Positions 51,619-61,330 of a stretch of 64,000 bases of DNA are shown here, piece by piece. The notes beneath the pieces were generated by a model. The model was given only the letters and a program-made list of their open reading frames with translations. It was not told the DNA's origin and searched no databases. A program made the translations under genes and the position numbers. The stretch's first letter is position 1; every line of letters begins with the position of its first letter. Source of the stretch: an uncultured Gemmatimonadota bacterium (GTDB lineage: Bacteria; Gemmatimonadota; Gemmatimonadetes; Palauibacterales; Palauibacteraceae); NCBI GenBank assembly GCA_913043255.1, contig CAJWLK010000001.1, positions 407,045 to 471,044 on the forward strand. Reading direction: 5' to 3'.

Positions 51619-52329
51619 GTGAAGATCAACATGAGAAACGCAGCACATTATTTCACGATTAAGATGGGCCGAGTTCTAGCGACCCTTGCCACAATCACTC
51701 TACTCGGGTGCGTTGTAGAAGCAGAGAGTGCGCAGGAGAGGTCCATAGTTCCAAATGACATGAGGATCGCTGGTGAGCGTGCTGATAAAGGCCGGATCAA
51801 GGGCTCCGACGACGCACCGATCCGTATAGTAGAGATCTCCGACTTCCAGTGCCCGTTCTGTCGGCAATTTTATAAAGAAACGCTTGGGAAGGTAGACAGT
51901 GCATACATTGAGACCGGAAAGGTTAACTACCTGTGGGTCTCATACGCCAATCCCGGGCACGGCCAGGCGTTCTCTTCATCTGAAGCCGCATTTTGCGCAG
52001 GAGCAGTCGGAAAATTTTGGCCAATGCACGACATTTTGTTCGAACGACAAGATGAGTGGAGCGGGTCGTCGGACCCCTACTCGCTCTTTCTAAAATATGC
52101 AGAGGAAATCAACATCGATCAGGAATCATTTGGAACGTGCGTACGCAACAGTTTGCTAGCGCCATTACTTATTCGCGACCATACGACCGTAACGCGCGCG
52201 GGGATATCAAGCACACCCTACTTTATCTTAGCCGACAGTGTAGCACTCCGTGGTGCGGCAGATTTTTCCACGTTTTCTGATGCCATCGACACTCTATTGG
52301 TCATCAAAGGTGTGCGGGATCAGAATTAG
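51619..52329 (+). CDS. DsbA-family thiol:disulfide oxidoreductase lipoprotein
   Basis: CPFC active site in a thioredoxin fold; signal peptide with LLGC lipobox. Confidence 0.8.
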   Translation: MKINMRNAAHYFTIKMGRVLATLATITLLGCVVEAESAQERSIVPNDMRIAGERADKGRIKGSDDAPIRIVEISDFQCPFCRQFYKETLGKVDSAYIETGKVNYLWVSYANPGHGQAFSSSEAAFCAGAVGKFWPMHDILFERQDEWSGSSDPYSLFLKYAEEINIDQESFGTCVRNSLLAPLLIRDHTTVTRAGISSTPYFILADSVALRGAADFSTFSDAIDTLLVIKGVRDQN

Positions 52330-52347
52330 ACGCCCCCTAAGTCTTCG

Positions 52348-54582
52348 TTAGCGACCTAAGCGCATCGATATGCGCTCCAACGAGTCGGCACGACCCGTCC
52401 CTTCTGTTACTTGGTAGGCTCGATCAAGTTCAAGCCCATGTAACAAATCAACGGTCCCTGAGCCGGGCCATCGGATATCTACATTGATAACTCGCAATGC
52501 GGGACCGAGACCAATCTCCTGTCGAACTGGGTTTGCACCGAAACTCCCACCCGTCCCAACAACCCTGTGAATAGTCCGAATACCTTCCCCATCCTCTACC
52601 GTGATTGAGATCCGTGCTCCAAGCCCACTACGATTAGCCTTCTGTCCTACGAGGGTGAGCACAATGAAGCGATGATCAGATCCCGGGTTCTCATAAAGTG
52701 CGTTCGGTGACAAATCGCCTTCGTTTGCGCCACCGAGCACAATGTGAACGTCAGTGTCACCATCGTTGTCAATGTCCGCGAAAGAGACTCCATGCCCTTT
52801 GTCCAGTGCACCAAATCCACCGGCACCCGTCACTTCCTCAAAATGCCCACTCTTGTTGCGGAACATTCGGTTGGGCATTAACTGTCGAAAATCAGGATCC
52901 CCTGTCCCCACAAACAAATCCAGCCAACCATCATTATCGACGTCTCCGAAGTTCGATCCCATCGCATACATAATCCGATCAAGACCGCGAGGGGCAGTCA
53001 CATCCTCGAACGTGCCATCTGCGAGATTTCGGTAGAGCCTTGGGAGTTCGGCCTCATGCTTCTCTCCCACATATTCTCTGACTATGTCCGCCGTCTGAGC
53101 TTGGTATCCGGCAGCAAACAGGTCCAGATGTCCATCGTTATCAAAATCCCAAAACCAGGTGGGGAAACTATGGAAAGGACCAGCGACTCCGGCCTTCTCC
53201 GTTACGTTGTCGAAATGCCAGTTTCCAACTGTGTCTGCCCCAGCGTTATGGAATAACAGGTTGGAACCCCGTAGAACTGAGACATAAAGATCAGGACGCC
53301 CATCGTTATCATAGTCGCCCCAATCGACACCCTTTACAAATTGTGCAATATCGAGGCCGACCAAATCAGCGATCTCTTCGAAGGTGCCGTCCCCTTTATT
53401 TCGAAACAACTCAGAGCGGTGCATAGCTCCGTCCCGCGATTCGTTGCCAACAAAAAGATCAAGCCAACCATCTCCATCAAAATCGGCCCAGCTTCCAGTT
53501 TGCGTAGGGTGCTCCGAATATATGCCTGCTTCGTACGTTACGTCTGAGAACGTACCACCATCGTTACGCAACAACGAGTTAGGAAACCCTTGGACGAGCC
53601 AGCCACCTCGGAGGACGAGCACGTCTGGATCCCCATCGTTGTCATAGTCGGCTTGTACAATGTTAAGACCACCAACAAGACCTTCTAAACCAACTTGAGA
53701 TGTGCGCTCAACAAATCGCTCTGCGCCGTCACTTTCGAAGTAACGTAGTTGGTCAAACAACCCACGTGAGGAAGCCATCACGTCAAGAAACCCATCACCA
53801 TTGAAGTCGTCCACAATGCCTCCACCTGAAATTGATACGGCATCCAGACCTACCTCAGTTGCCACGTTCCTAAACCGCTCCAGTTCCCCAGACCCTGTAA
53901 GGCTCGACCTTGGTATTCGATAATCACTGTGCACGCGATCAGGCCATTCCCCAAGAGCCATCATCGTGAGGTTAAGAATCCACTGGGCTCGAAGGTTATC
54001 AGGATCTTGCTCAAGAAGGGCACCTTGCCAAATGACTCCGCGTTCTAGGACAACACGGGCCGAATCGGACACCGGGTGAGGGACGGACGGTGGGACCTCG
54101 GGCCAACACGGATAGGCCCGCACAAGCTCAGATGATCGGGTTCTACGGAGTCGACCTACTGGACATGCCAACTCAAGCCCTCTCCGGAATAAGGCGATCC
54201 CAGTGTACTCATCGAGCGACCGACGGAAACCAGGCATCGGTTCCGCTTGTGCATCAATCAAGATCTGGCGGATCAATAAAAATTGCTCGAGCGCTGGCCC
54301 AGTAAGTCCGGCGTTCATCATTTCCTGGGCAATTGCGCCCTGGCGGAGGATCATCGCTTCCGGGACCGGAGGAGGCTCTTGATCATTGAAGAGCCGGAGC
54401 CGAGCCATATTGAGTTGTTCGTCCAACATTGGGTCGACTGATTCAGCCAGCACTTGCAGGCGCTCAGCCATACGGATTGTACCTTCAGAACCGGGCATAG
54501 CATACTCTGGCTCAGAGAGATTACCATCTCCACACCCGATGAGGAGAATCGACAAACTCGCTGCCACTATAAAAGGCTTCAC
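52348..54582 (-). CDS. CRTAC1-family lipoprotein (FG-GAP/VCBS repeats plus ASPIC/UnbV domain)
   Basis: Repeated D-x-D/N-x-DG calcium-loop motifs, C-terminal UnbV_ASPIC-like region and LIGC lipobox. Confidence 0.8.
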   Translation of the reverse strand: MKPFIVAASLSILLIGCGDGNLSEPEYAMPGSEGTIRMAERLQVLAESVDPMLDEQLNMARLRLFNDQEPPPVPEAMILRQGAIAQEMMNAGLTGPALEQFLLIRQILIDAQAEPMPGFRRSLDEYTGIALFRRGLELACPVGRLRRTRSSELVRAYPCWPEVPPSVPHPVSDSARVVLERGVIWQGALLEQDPDNLRAQWILNLTMMALGEWPDRVHSDYRIPRSSLTGSGELERFRNVATEVGLDAVSISGGGIVDDFNGDGFLDVMASSRGLFDQLRYFESDGAERFVERTSQVGLEGLVGGLNIVQADYDNDGDPDVLVLRGGWLVQGFPNSLLRNDGGTFSDVTYEAGIYSEHPTQTGSWADFDGDGWLDLFVGNESRDGAMHRSELFRNKGDGTFEEIADLVGLDIAQFVKGVDWGDYDNDGRPDLYVSVLRGSNLLFHNAGADTVGNWHFDNVTEKAGVAGPFHSFPTWFWDFDNDGHLDLFAAGYQAQTADIVREYVGEKHEAELPRLYRNLADGTFEDVTAPRGLDRIMYAMGSNFGDVDNDGWLDLFVGTGDPDFRQLMPNRMFRNKSGHFEEVTGAGGFGALDKGHGVSFADIDNDGDTDVHIVLGGANEGDLSPNALYENPGSDHRFIVLTLVGQKANRSGLGARISITVEDGEGIRTIHRVVGTGGSFGANPVRQEIGLGPALRVINVDIRWPGSGTVDLLHGLELDRAYQVTEGTGRADSLERISMRLGR

Positions 54583-57500
54583 CGCCCCTCTCCCGGCCTC
54601 ACGACGATTTCACGTGTGTTTGGTCGAACGTCATACGTCTCCTCACTCCCATCGGGCCATCGGACTCGTAAACCTTGTGCCGGTTCGCGTAGCCCGAAAA
54701 CTTGGACCACATCATTCTTTGACCAGTATCCTGACCCTGCCTGAATCTCGCGAAGTGGACCCCAACCAGAGTCATATACAATGCGCACCGAAGCCCCAAC
54801 CGCCTCAGGATTCAAGCCTGTTCCAACGAGCCGCACACGAAGGCCCGGCGTACCTCCAGCACCCTGAAAGATGGCCACCTCCTCACCATTCTGTCCGACA
54901 GCAAGGTCCCAGCGTCCATCTGCATCGAAATCCGCAATAGCTGCACCACGTGCATCACCATATATCGCAATCCCGCTGCGATCGGCACCTAAACGCAACA
55001 AGTCACCTTCACCATTTCCCAAGAGAAGCTCACCACGCCCAGCATCGTGACGCGACACTCCTTCTGGAGTTGCGAAAAAATTCTGTGCAACAAAGAGGTC
55101 TTCTGCTCCATCTCGGTCAAAATCAGCAATCACCACACCAAATGCGGGGGCATGCTGCGTGGCGGACGGTAAGGGATGAGCTTGAAAAGACCCTCCGACA
55201 TTAAGGAATAAAGTATGGTCTAACGTGACAACTTCCGCCTCGTAGATGTTGGTCCGCCCAACTCCGAGCAGTTGATCGACAGTCGCCCGAGCAAAAGTCC
55301 CGTAGGTCGGAGCAGCGCGTCGTATGAAGGGTAGAGTTGCGGACAATGCCGAATAACCACGAATTGGCACAACCGCCCCACTAGAATCTGTCTCCGATTC
55401 AATAATATCCGTTAGGCCATTACCATCGAGGTCGGCAGCATGGATACGGATGGGCCGCCGAAGTGTCGGTGTGTGGCCTGTATTTCGACCCCAGTTCGTA
55501 ACAACAAGATCAGGTAGACCATCACTGTTCAGGTCTCCAGTTGCTATGCCGTTCCAACGGCCAGGCAGCGTGCCAAGACCCCATCCATCCGTCACTTCTG
55601 AGAACTGTCCTCCGTCATTACGCAATAATCGAACAGGTCCCCACTCAATGGCCAAGATAAGATCTGGGTCTCCATCGATATCGACATCAGAAAAAACTGC
55701 GCCGGAGACAAGACCAATCCCATCGAGTACGTCCGTGGCCACAGAATCTTCAACCCATTCGCCATCTTCGTTCCGAAACATTCGCGAACTTGAGGGGAGT
55801 GGGTAGGCGCCCGGAATCGCACGTCCTCCAAGGAATAAATCCAGATCGTCATCACCATCAATGTCTGCGAGTGCCAGTGGACCTGTAGCGGAAGTAGACG
55901 CAGGGATCTTCAAATCAGGTCCTTGTGAGATAAGCATGACCGACGGAATCGTTGCAATCTCAGATGGCGTTCGAACCTCCCAATTACTAACACCAGCGAT
56001 CAAGTTCGTTCCCTCTACTGTCGGAACGGCTAAAATCCCCGTCTGGTCACCTGGCGCCTTACTCCCAACCCCAATGGGGGCAAGCAACCGACGGCGCTCT
56101 GTTCGCATCAGAAGCGTCTGACCGCCAGTTGCGGACGCAATCAATAAATCTGGATCGCCGTCCCTATCCACATCTTCCCAGCTGAGGCCTGGCCCAAGTC
56201 GAGACAATTCAACAGGGATGAGCGGTTGACGGGCCAGCTCGTCAAACTCCGATTCGATATGACGTCCACCACCCATGGGTCCGCTGAACAACGGTCTCAG
56301 CACTTCCGAATCGTGTGTAACTGGAAGAATTGACGGTGGGAACACTTCGTATGCGTTGTCGACCTCGACATTCATCTCTTTCTTGATTCCAGATGGCCAT
56401 GTAATCACGAGTTCTGCTGCATTACTTGTGCCCATAGCAAACGTCAATGAGGGGTCCGAAGCGGACAGATACATCCCGCCTGAGGTGATCTGTCTCGTTT
56501 GGCGGGGTGTAGCACCTCCTTTTAGGACTGCACGAGCTCCGATCGCTTGAGTGTTACCTGAGCGATCAAGAACTCGAACAGATATACGTGGTCGACCTGC
56601 GTCGTTACGAAGTATGAGAGGGCGTTCGTCGAGCCGCGTTATTACGAGATCCCGATCACCATCTCGATCCAAGTCGGCTGAGGCAATCCCGTGACTCACA
56701 TTGGGTTCAGTCCCGTAGGCCCAACTATCAGCGACCTCGAACGTGCCATCGCCCGTGTTTCGAAAAGCGATGTTTCGCACGTCGAGAGTTGGAAACACAC
56801 CGAGTTCTCTTCGCCAATCAACTTGGATTTGGCCGGTACGCAGAGCTTCTTGCGTATCACCATCAAGGGGATCCCATGCATGACCGTTAGTAACAAGCAG
56901 GTCTTCATAGCCATCTAAGTCTACATCGAGGAACATTGCTCCCCAGGTCCAGTCGGAGGCTGCAATACCAGCCCCTCGCCCAACCTCAGCGAATGTACCA
57001 TCTCCCCGATTAAGTTGAAGCGTATTTCTTCCCGTGGGTGCGCGCATATCAGCTCGACCCGGTGGCGTCCTCTGTACGACAGTTCCAACCGCTTGCCCAC
57101 GTCGGCGAATCTGATCACGAGCCAACATTTCAGTTGTAATAAAATCTGTGTCCCCATCGCCATCTACGTCCGAGAAGTCGACACCCATTGAAGAAGCACT
57201 GGTCGTCCGCAACTCAAGCCCAGACGCAGCACGAAACCAACCGCCCTGGTTGATCCAAAATCCGTCACGGCTCCCGAAATCGTTAGCCACGTAAAGGTCC
57301 GGGTCTCCATCATCATCCGAATCAAAAAATCGGGCTACGAGCCCCCAGTCGCGTGGAGTTTCGGCTATCGGGACACCTGCAGCAGTGCGGAACATCCCCT
57401 GGGTCATATCAACAAGTGTGAAGTGACCTGACCCATCGTTGAGATAAAACTCGTCGGGATCTGCAAGTTCAAAACGAAGTGATCGGTCGCCCACAAGTTG

Positions 57501-58244
57501 AAGACGATAATGGGCATCGTAGGGAGGTGAGACGATCAACTCATCTCCGACCCGTTGAACATAGCCCCGTAGATTTCGTTCAGCGGGGCTGAACAGATCA
57601 TCACCCTGGATGTTCTTATAGTTGGTGAAGTAAGCATCAAGATCTGCGTCTCCGTCGATGTCAGCTAAAGCAAGGGTATTTGTCCCATACTGCGGCTCAA
57701 ATCCAACGGAACGTTCCTCGAATACTCCAGTTCCATCATTAAAGAGAAGGGTGTTTGATCCGGCGTGGACAGAGACAAATAAATCCAGATCTCCGTCGCC
57801 ATCGGCATCCGCAAACACGGCCCCACGTGATAAACGTCCTGAAAGTCCCGTACTTGAAGTCTGCGTCACGTCCTCGAAACGCCACCCTCCCAGATTTCGA
57901 TAAAGGACATTCGGTTGATCAAGTAAACAGAGGTATATATCTACCCACCCATCCCCATCGACATCACCCAGGGCAACCCCAGTCCCATTGACGAGAGTCC
58001 TATTCTCAAGCCTGCGTTCGTCCGAGATGGACGTTGCCGCCTCAATCCCCGATATCGCGAGACGAACCGGTGTAAACTGTCCCTTCGCCACACCTTCGTA
58101 GCTCAAGGGCCGAGAACGATATCCGTCGGCCTCTATCCACTCAATCGAAACTTTTACAGGGGCTGGTTTGCACGTGAGGGAAAGTACAACCGCGAGCAGT
58201 GCCAGGTACGGAACAAAACCTTTATTCACAGTCCCGTTACCCAC
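54579..58244 (-). CDS. Large CRTAC1-family protein with duplicated FG-GAP/VCBS plus ASPIC/UnbV modules
   Basis: 1221 aa with two repeat-plus-UnbV units; signal peptide; 4-nt overlap with the downstream paralog. Confidence 0.8.
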   Translation of the reverse strand: MGNGTVNKGFVPYLALLAVVLSLTCKPAPVKVSIEWIEADGYRSRPLSYEGVAKGQFTPVRLAISGIEAATSISDERRLENRTLVNGTGVALGDVDGDGWVDIYLCLLDQPNVLYRNLGGWRFEDVTQTSSTGLSGRLSRGAVFADADGDGDLDLFVSVHAGSNTLLFNDGTGVFEERSVGFEPQYGTNTLALADIDGDADLDAYFTNYKNIQGDDLFSPAERNLRGYVQRVGDELIVSPPYDAHYRLQLVGDRSLRFELADPDEFYLNDGSGHFTLVDMTQGMFRTAAGVPIAETPRDWGLVARFFDSDDDGDPDLYVANDFGSRDGFWINQGGWFRAASGLELRTTSASSMGVDFSDVDGDGDTDFITTEMLARDQIRRRGQAVGTVVQRTPPGRADMRAPTGRNTLQLNRGDGTFAEVGRGAGIAASDWTWGAMFLDVDLDGYEDLLVTNGHAWDPLDGDTQEALRTGQIQVDWRRELGVFPTLDVRNIAFRNTGDGTFEVADSWAYGTEPNVSHGIASADLDRDGDRDLVITRLDERPLILRNDAGRPRISVRVLDRSGNTQAIGARAVLKGGATPRQTRQITSGGMYLSASDPSLTFAMGTSNAAELVITWPSGIKKEMNVEVDNAYEVFPPSILPVTHDSEVLRPLFSGPMGGGRHIESEFDELARQPLIPVELSRLGPGLSWEDVDRDGDPDLLIASATGGQTLLMRTERRRLLAPIGVGSKAPGDQTGILAVPTVEGTNLIAGVSNWEVRTPSEIATIPSVMLISQGPDLKIPASTSATGPLALADIDGDDDLDLFLGGRAIPGAYPLPSSSRMFRNEDGEWVEDSVATDVLDGIGLVSGAVFSDVDIDGDPDLILAIEWGPVRLLRNDGGQFSEVTDGWGLGTLPGRWNGIATGDLNSDGLPDLVVTNWGRNTGHTPTLRRPIRIHAADLDGNGLTDIIESETDSSGAVVPIRGYSALSATLPFIRRAAPTYGTFARATVDQLLGVGRTNIYEAEVVTLDHTLFLNVGGSFQAHPLPSATQHAPAFGVVIADFDRDGAEDLFVAQNFFATPEGVSRHDAGRGELLLGNGEGDLLRLGADRSGIAIYGDARGAAIADFDADGRWDLAVGQNGEEVAIFQGAGGTPGLRVRLVGTGLNPEAVGASVRIVYDSGWGPLREIQAGSGYWSKNDVVQVFGLREPAQGLRVRWPDGSEETYDVRPNTREIVVRPGEGR

Positions 58245-58920
58245 CGTCTCCCCGAAAAACTGCTCGCATTCCTTCGACGGTCTTAGCAGCTACGGTCGCA
58301 CCTCGGCTGAATACTGCGGTCAGTTCACGCTCGCTAATACCAACAAGTGGAACCCCGAAGCTAAAATGAACTGCAATCCCAGCAGGTCGCACAGTTCCTC
58401 GTCGATCAGTCCACTCATCGGAGGATTCGAGTGCCCCTTCTATATGAACTTCAACCGCATCCGAATTTGACCCCACCTCTTGTGCGATGTCGGTCAGTCG
58501 AGTCGCAAGGGCTTCGTTGCGTGTTGGATCCGACTCTCGCTCATCAAGCCACAAAGCGGGAGGGGAGACGTCTACGTGAACGAACGCCAACATCACTTCA
58601 GGGTTCAGTTCCATCCGATCCTGTCCAATCAGCCCTGGTTTGGACCCCGTCAGGTATGTTTCGAAACCTTCCAGCCCAATATTCGCTAGGGCGAGCGCCA
58701 ACTCGTCGACCACAAGTTCAATCAGCGCAGATGGCGCATGAAGTGTGTCTAAGGCGCCAGACTCTAAGATGTCTAGCTCTGATTGATCGTATGCGAGCAC
58801 GCGGAAAAACCAAGAGAGGGGTTCTTGACGACCCTCGAATTGGTCGCGAACACCCAGGCCCTCCCTTCGAAGCGCGCTCAACATTAGGGAACTGAGTTGG
58901 TGTCGTGTAAGATCAGCCAC
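58237..58920 (-). CDS. Hypothetical acidic cytoplasmic protein (227 aa), translationally coupled to the large CRTAC1 gene
   Basis: Clean ORF with an 8-nt overlap with the downstream gene; no recognisable motif. Confidence 0.45.
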   Translation of the reverse strand: MADLTRHQLSSLMLSALRREGLGVRDQFEGRQEPLSWFFRVLAYDQSELDILESGALDTLHAPSALIELVVDELALALANIGLEGFETYLTGSKPGLIGQDRMELNPEVMLAFVHVDVSPPALWLDERESDPTRNEALATRLTDIAQEVGSNSDAVEVHIEGALESSDEWTDRRGTVRPAGIAVHFSFGVPLVGISERELTAVFSRGATVAAKTVEGMRAVFRGDGG

Positions 58921-59018
58921 AGCTATTGAATCCTCTAGTCCATCCGGTCGTCCTCTTCACATCAAAAGGATAACCGGGCTAATAAGCCCGCGCGTAAGGT
59001 TCGAACCTGGTCCAAAAA

Positions 59019-59594
59019 CTAGCCAGCGATCATGATGTGGGCTGTGGCTAGCCCTGAGTGCATGAGCCATGGACCGTCGCTGGGTCTCGTAGGCAAACCA
59101 AGGTCTTCCGACTGCGCATACGGAACGTAGATGACGGTCCGTCGGTTAGCGGTGACAGTATCACCTGACCAACCTCCTGGCGCATTGATTTGGAATAAGA
59201 GTCCATAGGAAGGCATCTCTAGTGTTCCCGCAGCAATCTCTCCCCGTCTCTTTTGTACATTTTCAGCACCATCGACACCCTGCTTACGCAACTCACGCCC
59301 TCGGGCCATATACGGTTCGAGTGACTTATGATAACAAGTTGCACGGAATCGGTCGTCCGATGGATCGTCGGCGATGCACACAAACGTTCCCGACCCTTCT
59401 CGTAGCGTAACCCATTCCCCACCTTGGTCTCGGATCACTGTGGCTCCATCCTTCTCTGCATCTTGAAGTGGAGACACGCTGAGCGAGATCACGTCCTGGC
59501 CCCGCAGGCCTGGAGGTGTAATCATGGCAACCGTAAAGACCACAAACCCAGCCGATAACAAACGACTCGCACACCTTTGAAAAGACCCAAACAT
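59019..59594 (-). CDS. Hypothetical secreted protein (191 aa)
   Basis: N-terminal signal peptide; no recognisable domain. Confidence 0.45.
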   Translation of the reverse strand: MFGSFQRCASRLLSAGFVVFTVAMITPPGLRGQDVISLSVSPLQDAEKDGATVIRDQGGEWVTLREGSGTFVCIADDPSDDRFRATCYHKSLEPYMARGRELRKQGVDGAENVQKRRGEIAAGTLEMPSYGLLFQINAPGGWSGDTVTANRRTVIYVPYAQSEDLGLPTRPSDGPWLMHSGLATAHIMIAG

Positions 59595-59835
59595 GCGATT
59601 CTCCTCGCATCATGGATTCAACTTATAGGGCAAGGATGATGAATAGGCCCCACCAAGCGGGGGAACGCAATAAACCAAACGTCGTTGCGCGAAACACTCA
59701 ATCCCCTCAAGATTCGCGGCCGGATCTTTCGGTTAAGTACCAGATCGGAGAACCGATCACTCGAAACGGAGAGTTGATGGACCAAAATAAGTTGGAATGC
59801 CGAGATGAAGACTTCCTAGAAACGAGGAGCTGCTC

Positions 59836-60957
59836 GTGAGCGTTCGCATCTGTGTCCCCTGCGAAACCACATCAGGTGAAACTCGAGTTGGGCTCTCTCC
59901 TGACGCGGCAAAACGTTTGGCGTCGGAAACGGTCTCAATTGCCATCGAGACCGGTGCAGGGGATGCGGCGGGATTCCAGGACGCTGACTACTCAGAGGCC
60001 GGAGTTGAGATCGTCCATGACAGGGCAAGCTTGCTCGGGGGAGCTGACGTTGTTCTGAAGGTGGCTCCGCCCATGAACGGAGAGCTCGACGAAATCCGTG
60101 AAGGCGCCGTTCTCATTTGTCTTCTGCGACCTCACGAAAACGCGCCTCTGTTTGAACAACTTGCGACACGAAACATTACAAGTCTTTCTCTTGAACTGGT
60201 GCCACGAATCACTCGGGCACAATCCATGGATGCGCTTTCCTCACAGAGCAACTTGGCCGGATACAAGGCTGTAATTCTTGGGGCTGACAACTTGGACCGG
60301 ATCTTCCCGCTACTTATGACTGCCGCGGGGACTTTATCGCCGGCCCGTGTCCTAGTTCTCGGAGCTGGCGTGGCAGGGCTCCAGGCGATTGCAACCGCGA
60401 GACGTTTAGGAGCGGACACGTGGGGCTATGACATCCGCTCAGCAGCAAAGGAGCAGGTCGAGAGCCTAGGGGCGAAATTTGTTGACCTTGAAGAAGACCA
60501 GGCGAAAGACGCAGAGACTGAAGGGGGCTACGCCAAAGTGCTCAGCGAAGATGAGCAAGCGAGAAAGAGAGAGCTATTGGCTCAACATCTAGCTAAGGCC
60601 GACCTAGTGGTTACGACCGCTCTCGTCCCCGGAAGACCAGCCCCTGTACTCATAACAGAGGATATGGTCGCTTCCATGAAACAAGGGTCCGTGATTGTCG
60701 ACCTTGCTGGAGAGGCGGGTGGCAACTGCGCATTGAGCGAAGGAGGAGAGACAGTCGTCAGCGGTGGTGTGACGATTCTCGCGCCTCTGAACGTACCTGC
60801 TTCGTTGCCCTATCATGCGAGTCAGCTATTGGCGCGGAATTTGTCTTCTCTGGTAAAAACATTGATCCATGAAGACGAGATTGTTGTGGATCTTGATGAC
60901 GATGTGATCGGCCCGTGCTGCGTGACTCACGCCGGCGAAATTCGGTTCAATACGTGA
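59836..60957 (+). CDS. pntAA: NAD(P) transhydrogenase subunit alpha part 1 (AlaDH/PNT domain), GTG start
   Basis: AlaDH_PNT N- and C-domains with dinucleotide-binding GAGVAG. Confidence 0.9.
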   Translation: MSVRICVPCETTSGETRVGLSPDAAKRLASETVSIAIETGAGDAAGFQDADYSEAGVEIVHDRASLLGGADVVLKVAPPMNGELDEIREGAVLICLLRPHENAPLFEQLATRNITSLSLELVPRITRAQSMDALSSQSNLAGYKAVILGADNLDRIFPLLMTAAGTLSPARVLVLGAGVAGLQAIATARRLGADTWGYDIRSAAKEQVESLGAKFVDLEEDQAKDAETEGGYAKVLSEDEQARKRELLAQHLAKADLVVTTALVPGRPAPVLITEDMVASMKQGSVIVDLAGEAGGNCALSEGGETVVSGGVTILAPLNVPASLPYHASQLLARNLSSLVKTLIHEDEIVVDLDDDVIGPCCVTHAGEIRFNT

Positions 60958-61033
60958 AAACTAACAACTTGATGCGAACAAACTCTTACGTCAGACCTAC
61001 AATAAGAGAGCACATTCACACGAGGTTTATCGA

Positions 61034-61327
61034 ATGACCGGAACACTGCTAATTGGACTTTATGTGTTCGTGCTTGCGATGCTAGTCGGGCTCGAACTCA
61101 TCACGAAAGTTCCTCCGACACTTCACACGCCACTCATGTCAGGATCGAATGCGATATCAGGGATCTCGATCGTGGGAGCATTGCTCGTGGTGGGGAGCGC
61201 AGGTGACTCCCCCTTGATGCGTTGGATAGGACTGGCTGCATTGATTCTCGCTACGATTAACGTCGTGGGGGGCTTCGTCGTAACTGACCGCATGCTTCAG
61301 ATGTTCAAGAGCAAGGACGCAGGCTGA
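61034..61327 (+). CDS. pntAB: NAD(P) transhydrogenase subunit alpha part 2 (membrane)
   Basis: 97-aa protein with 3 TM helices between pntAA and pntB. Confidence 0.88.
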   Translation: MTGTLLIGLYVFVLAMLVGLELITKVPPTLHTPLMSGSNAISGISIVGALLVVGSAGDSPLMRWIGLAALILATINVVGGFVVTDRMLQMFKSKDAG

Positions 61328-61330
61328 GCC

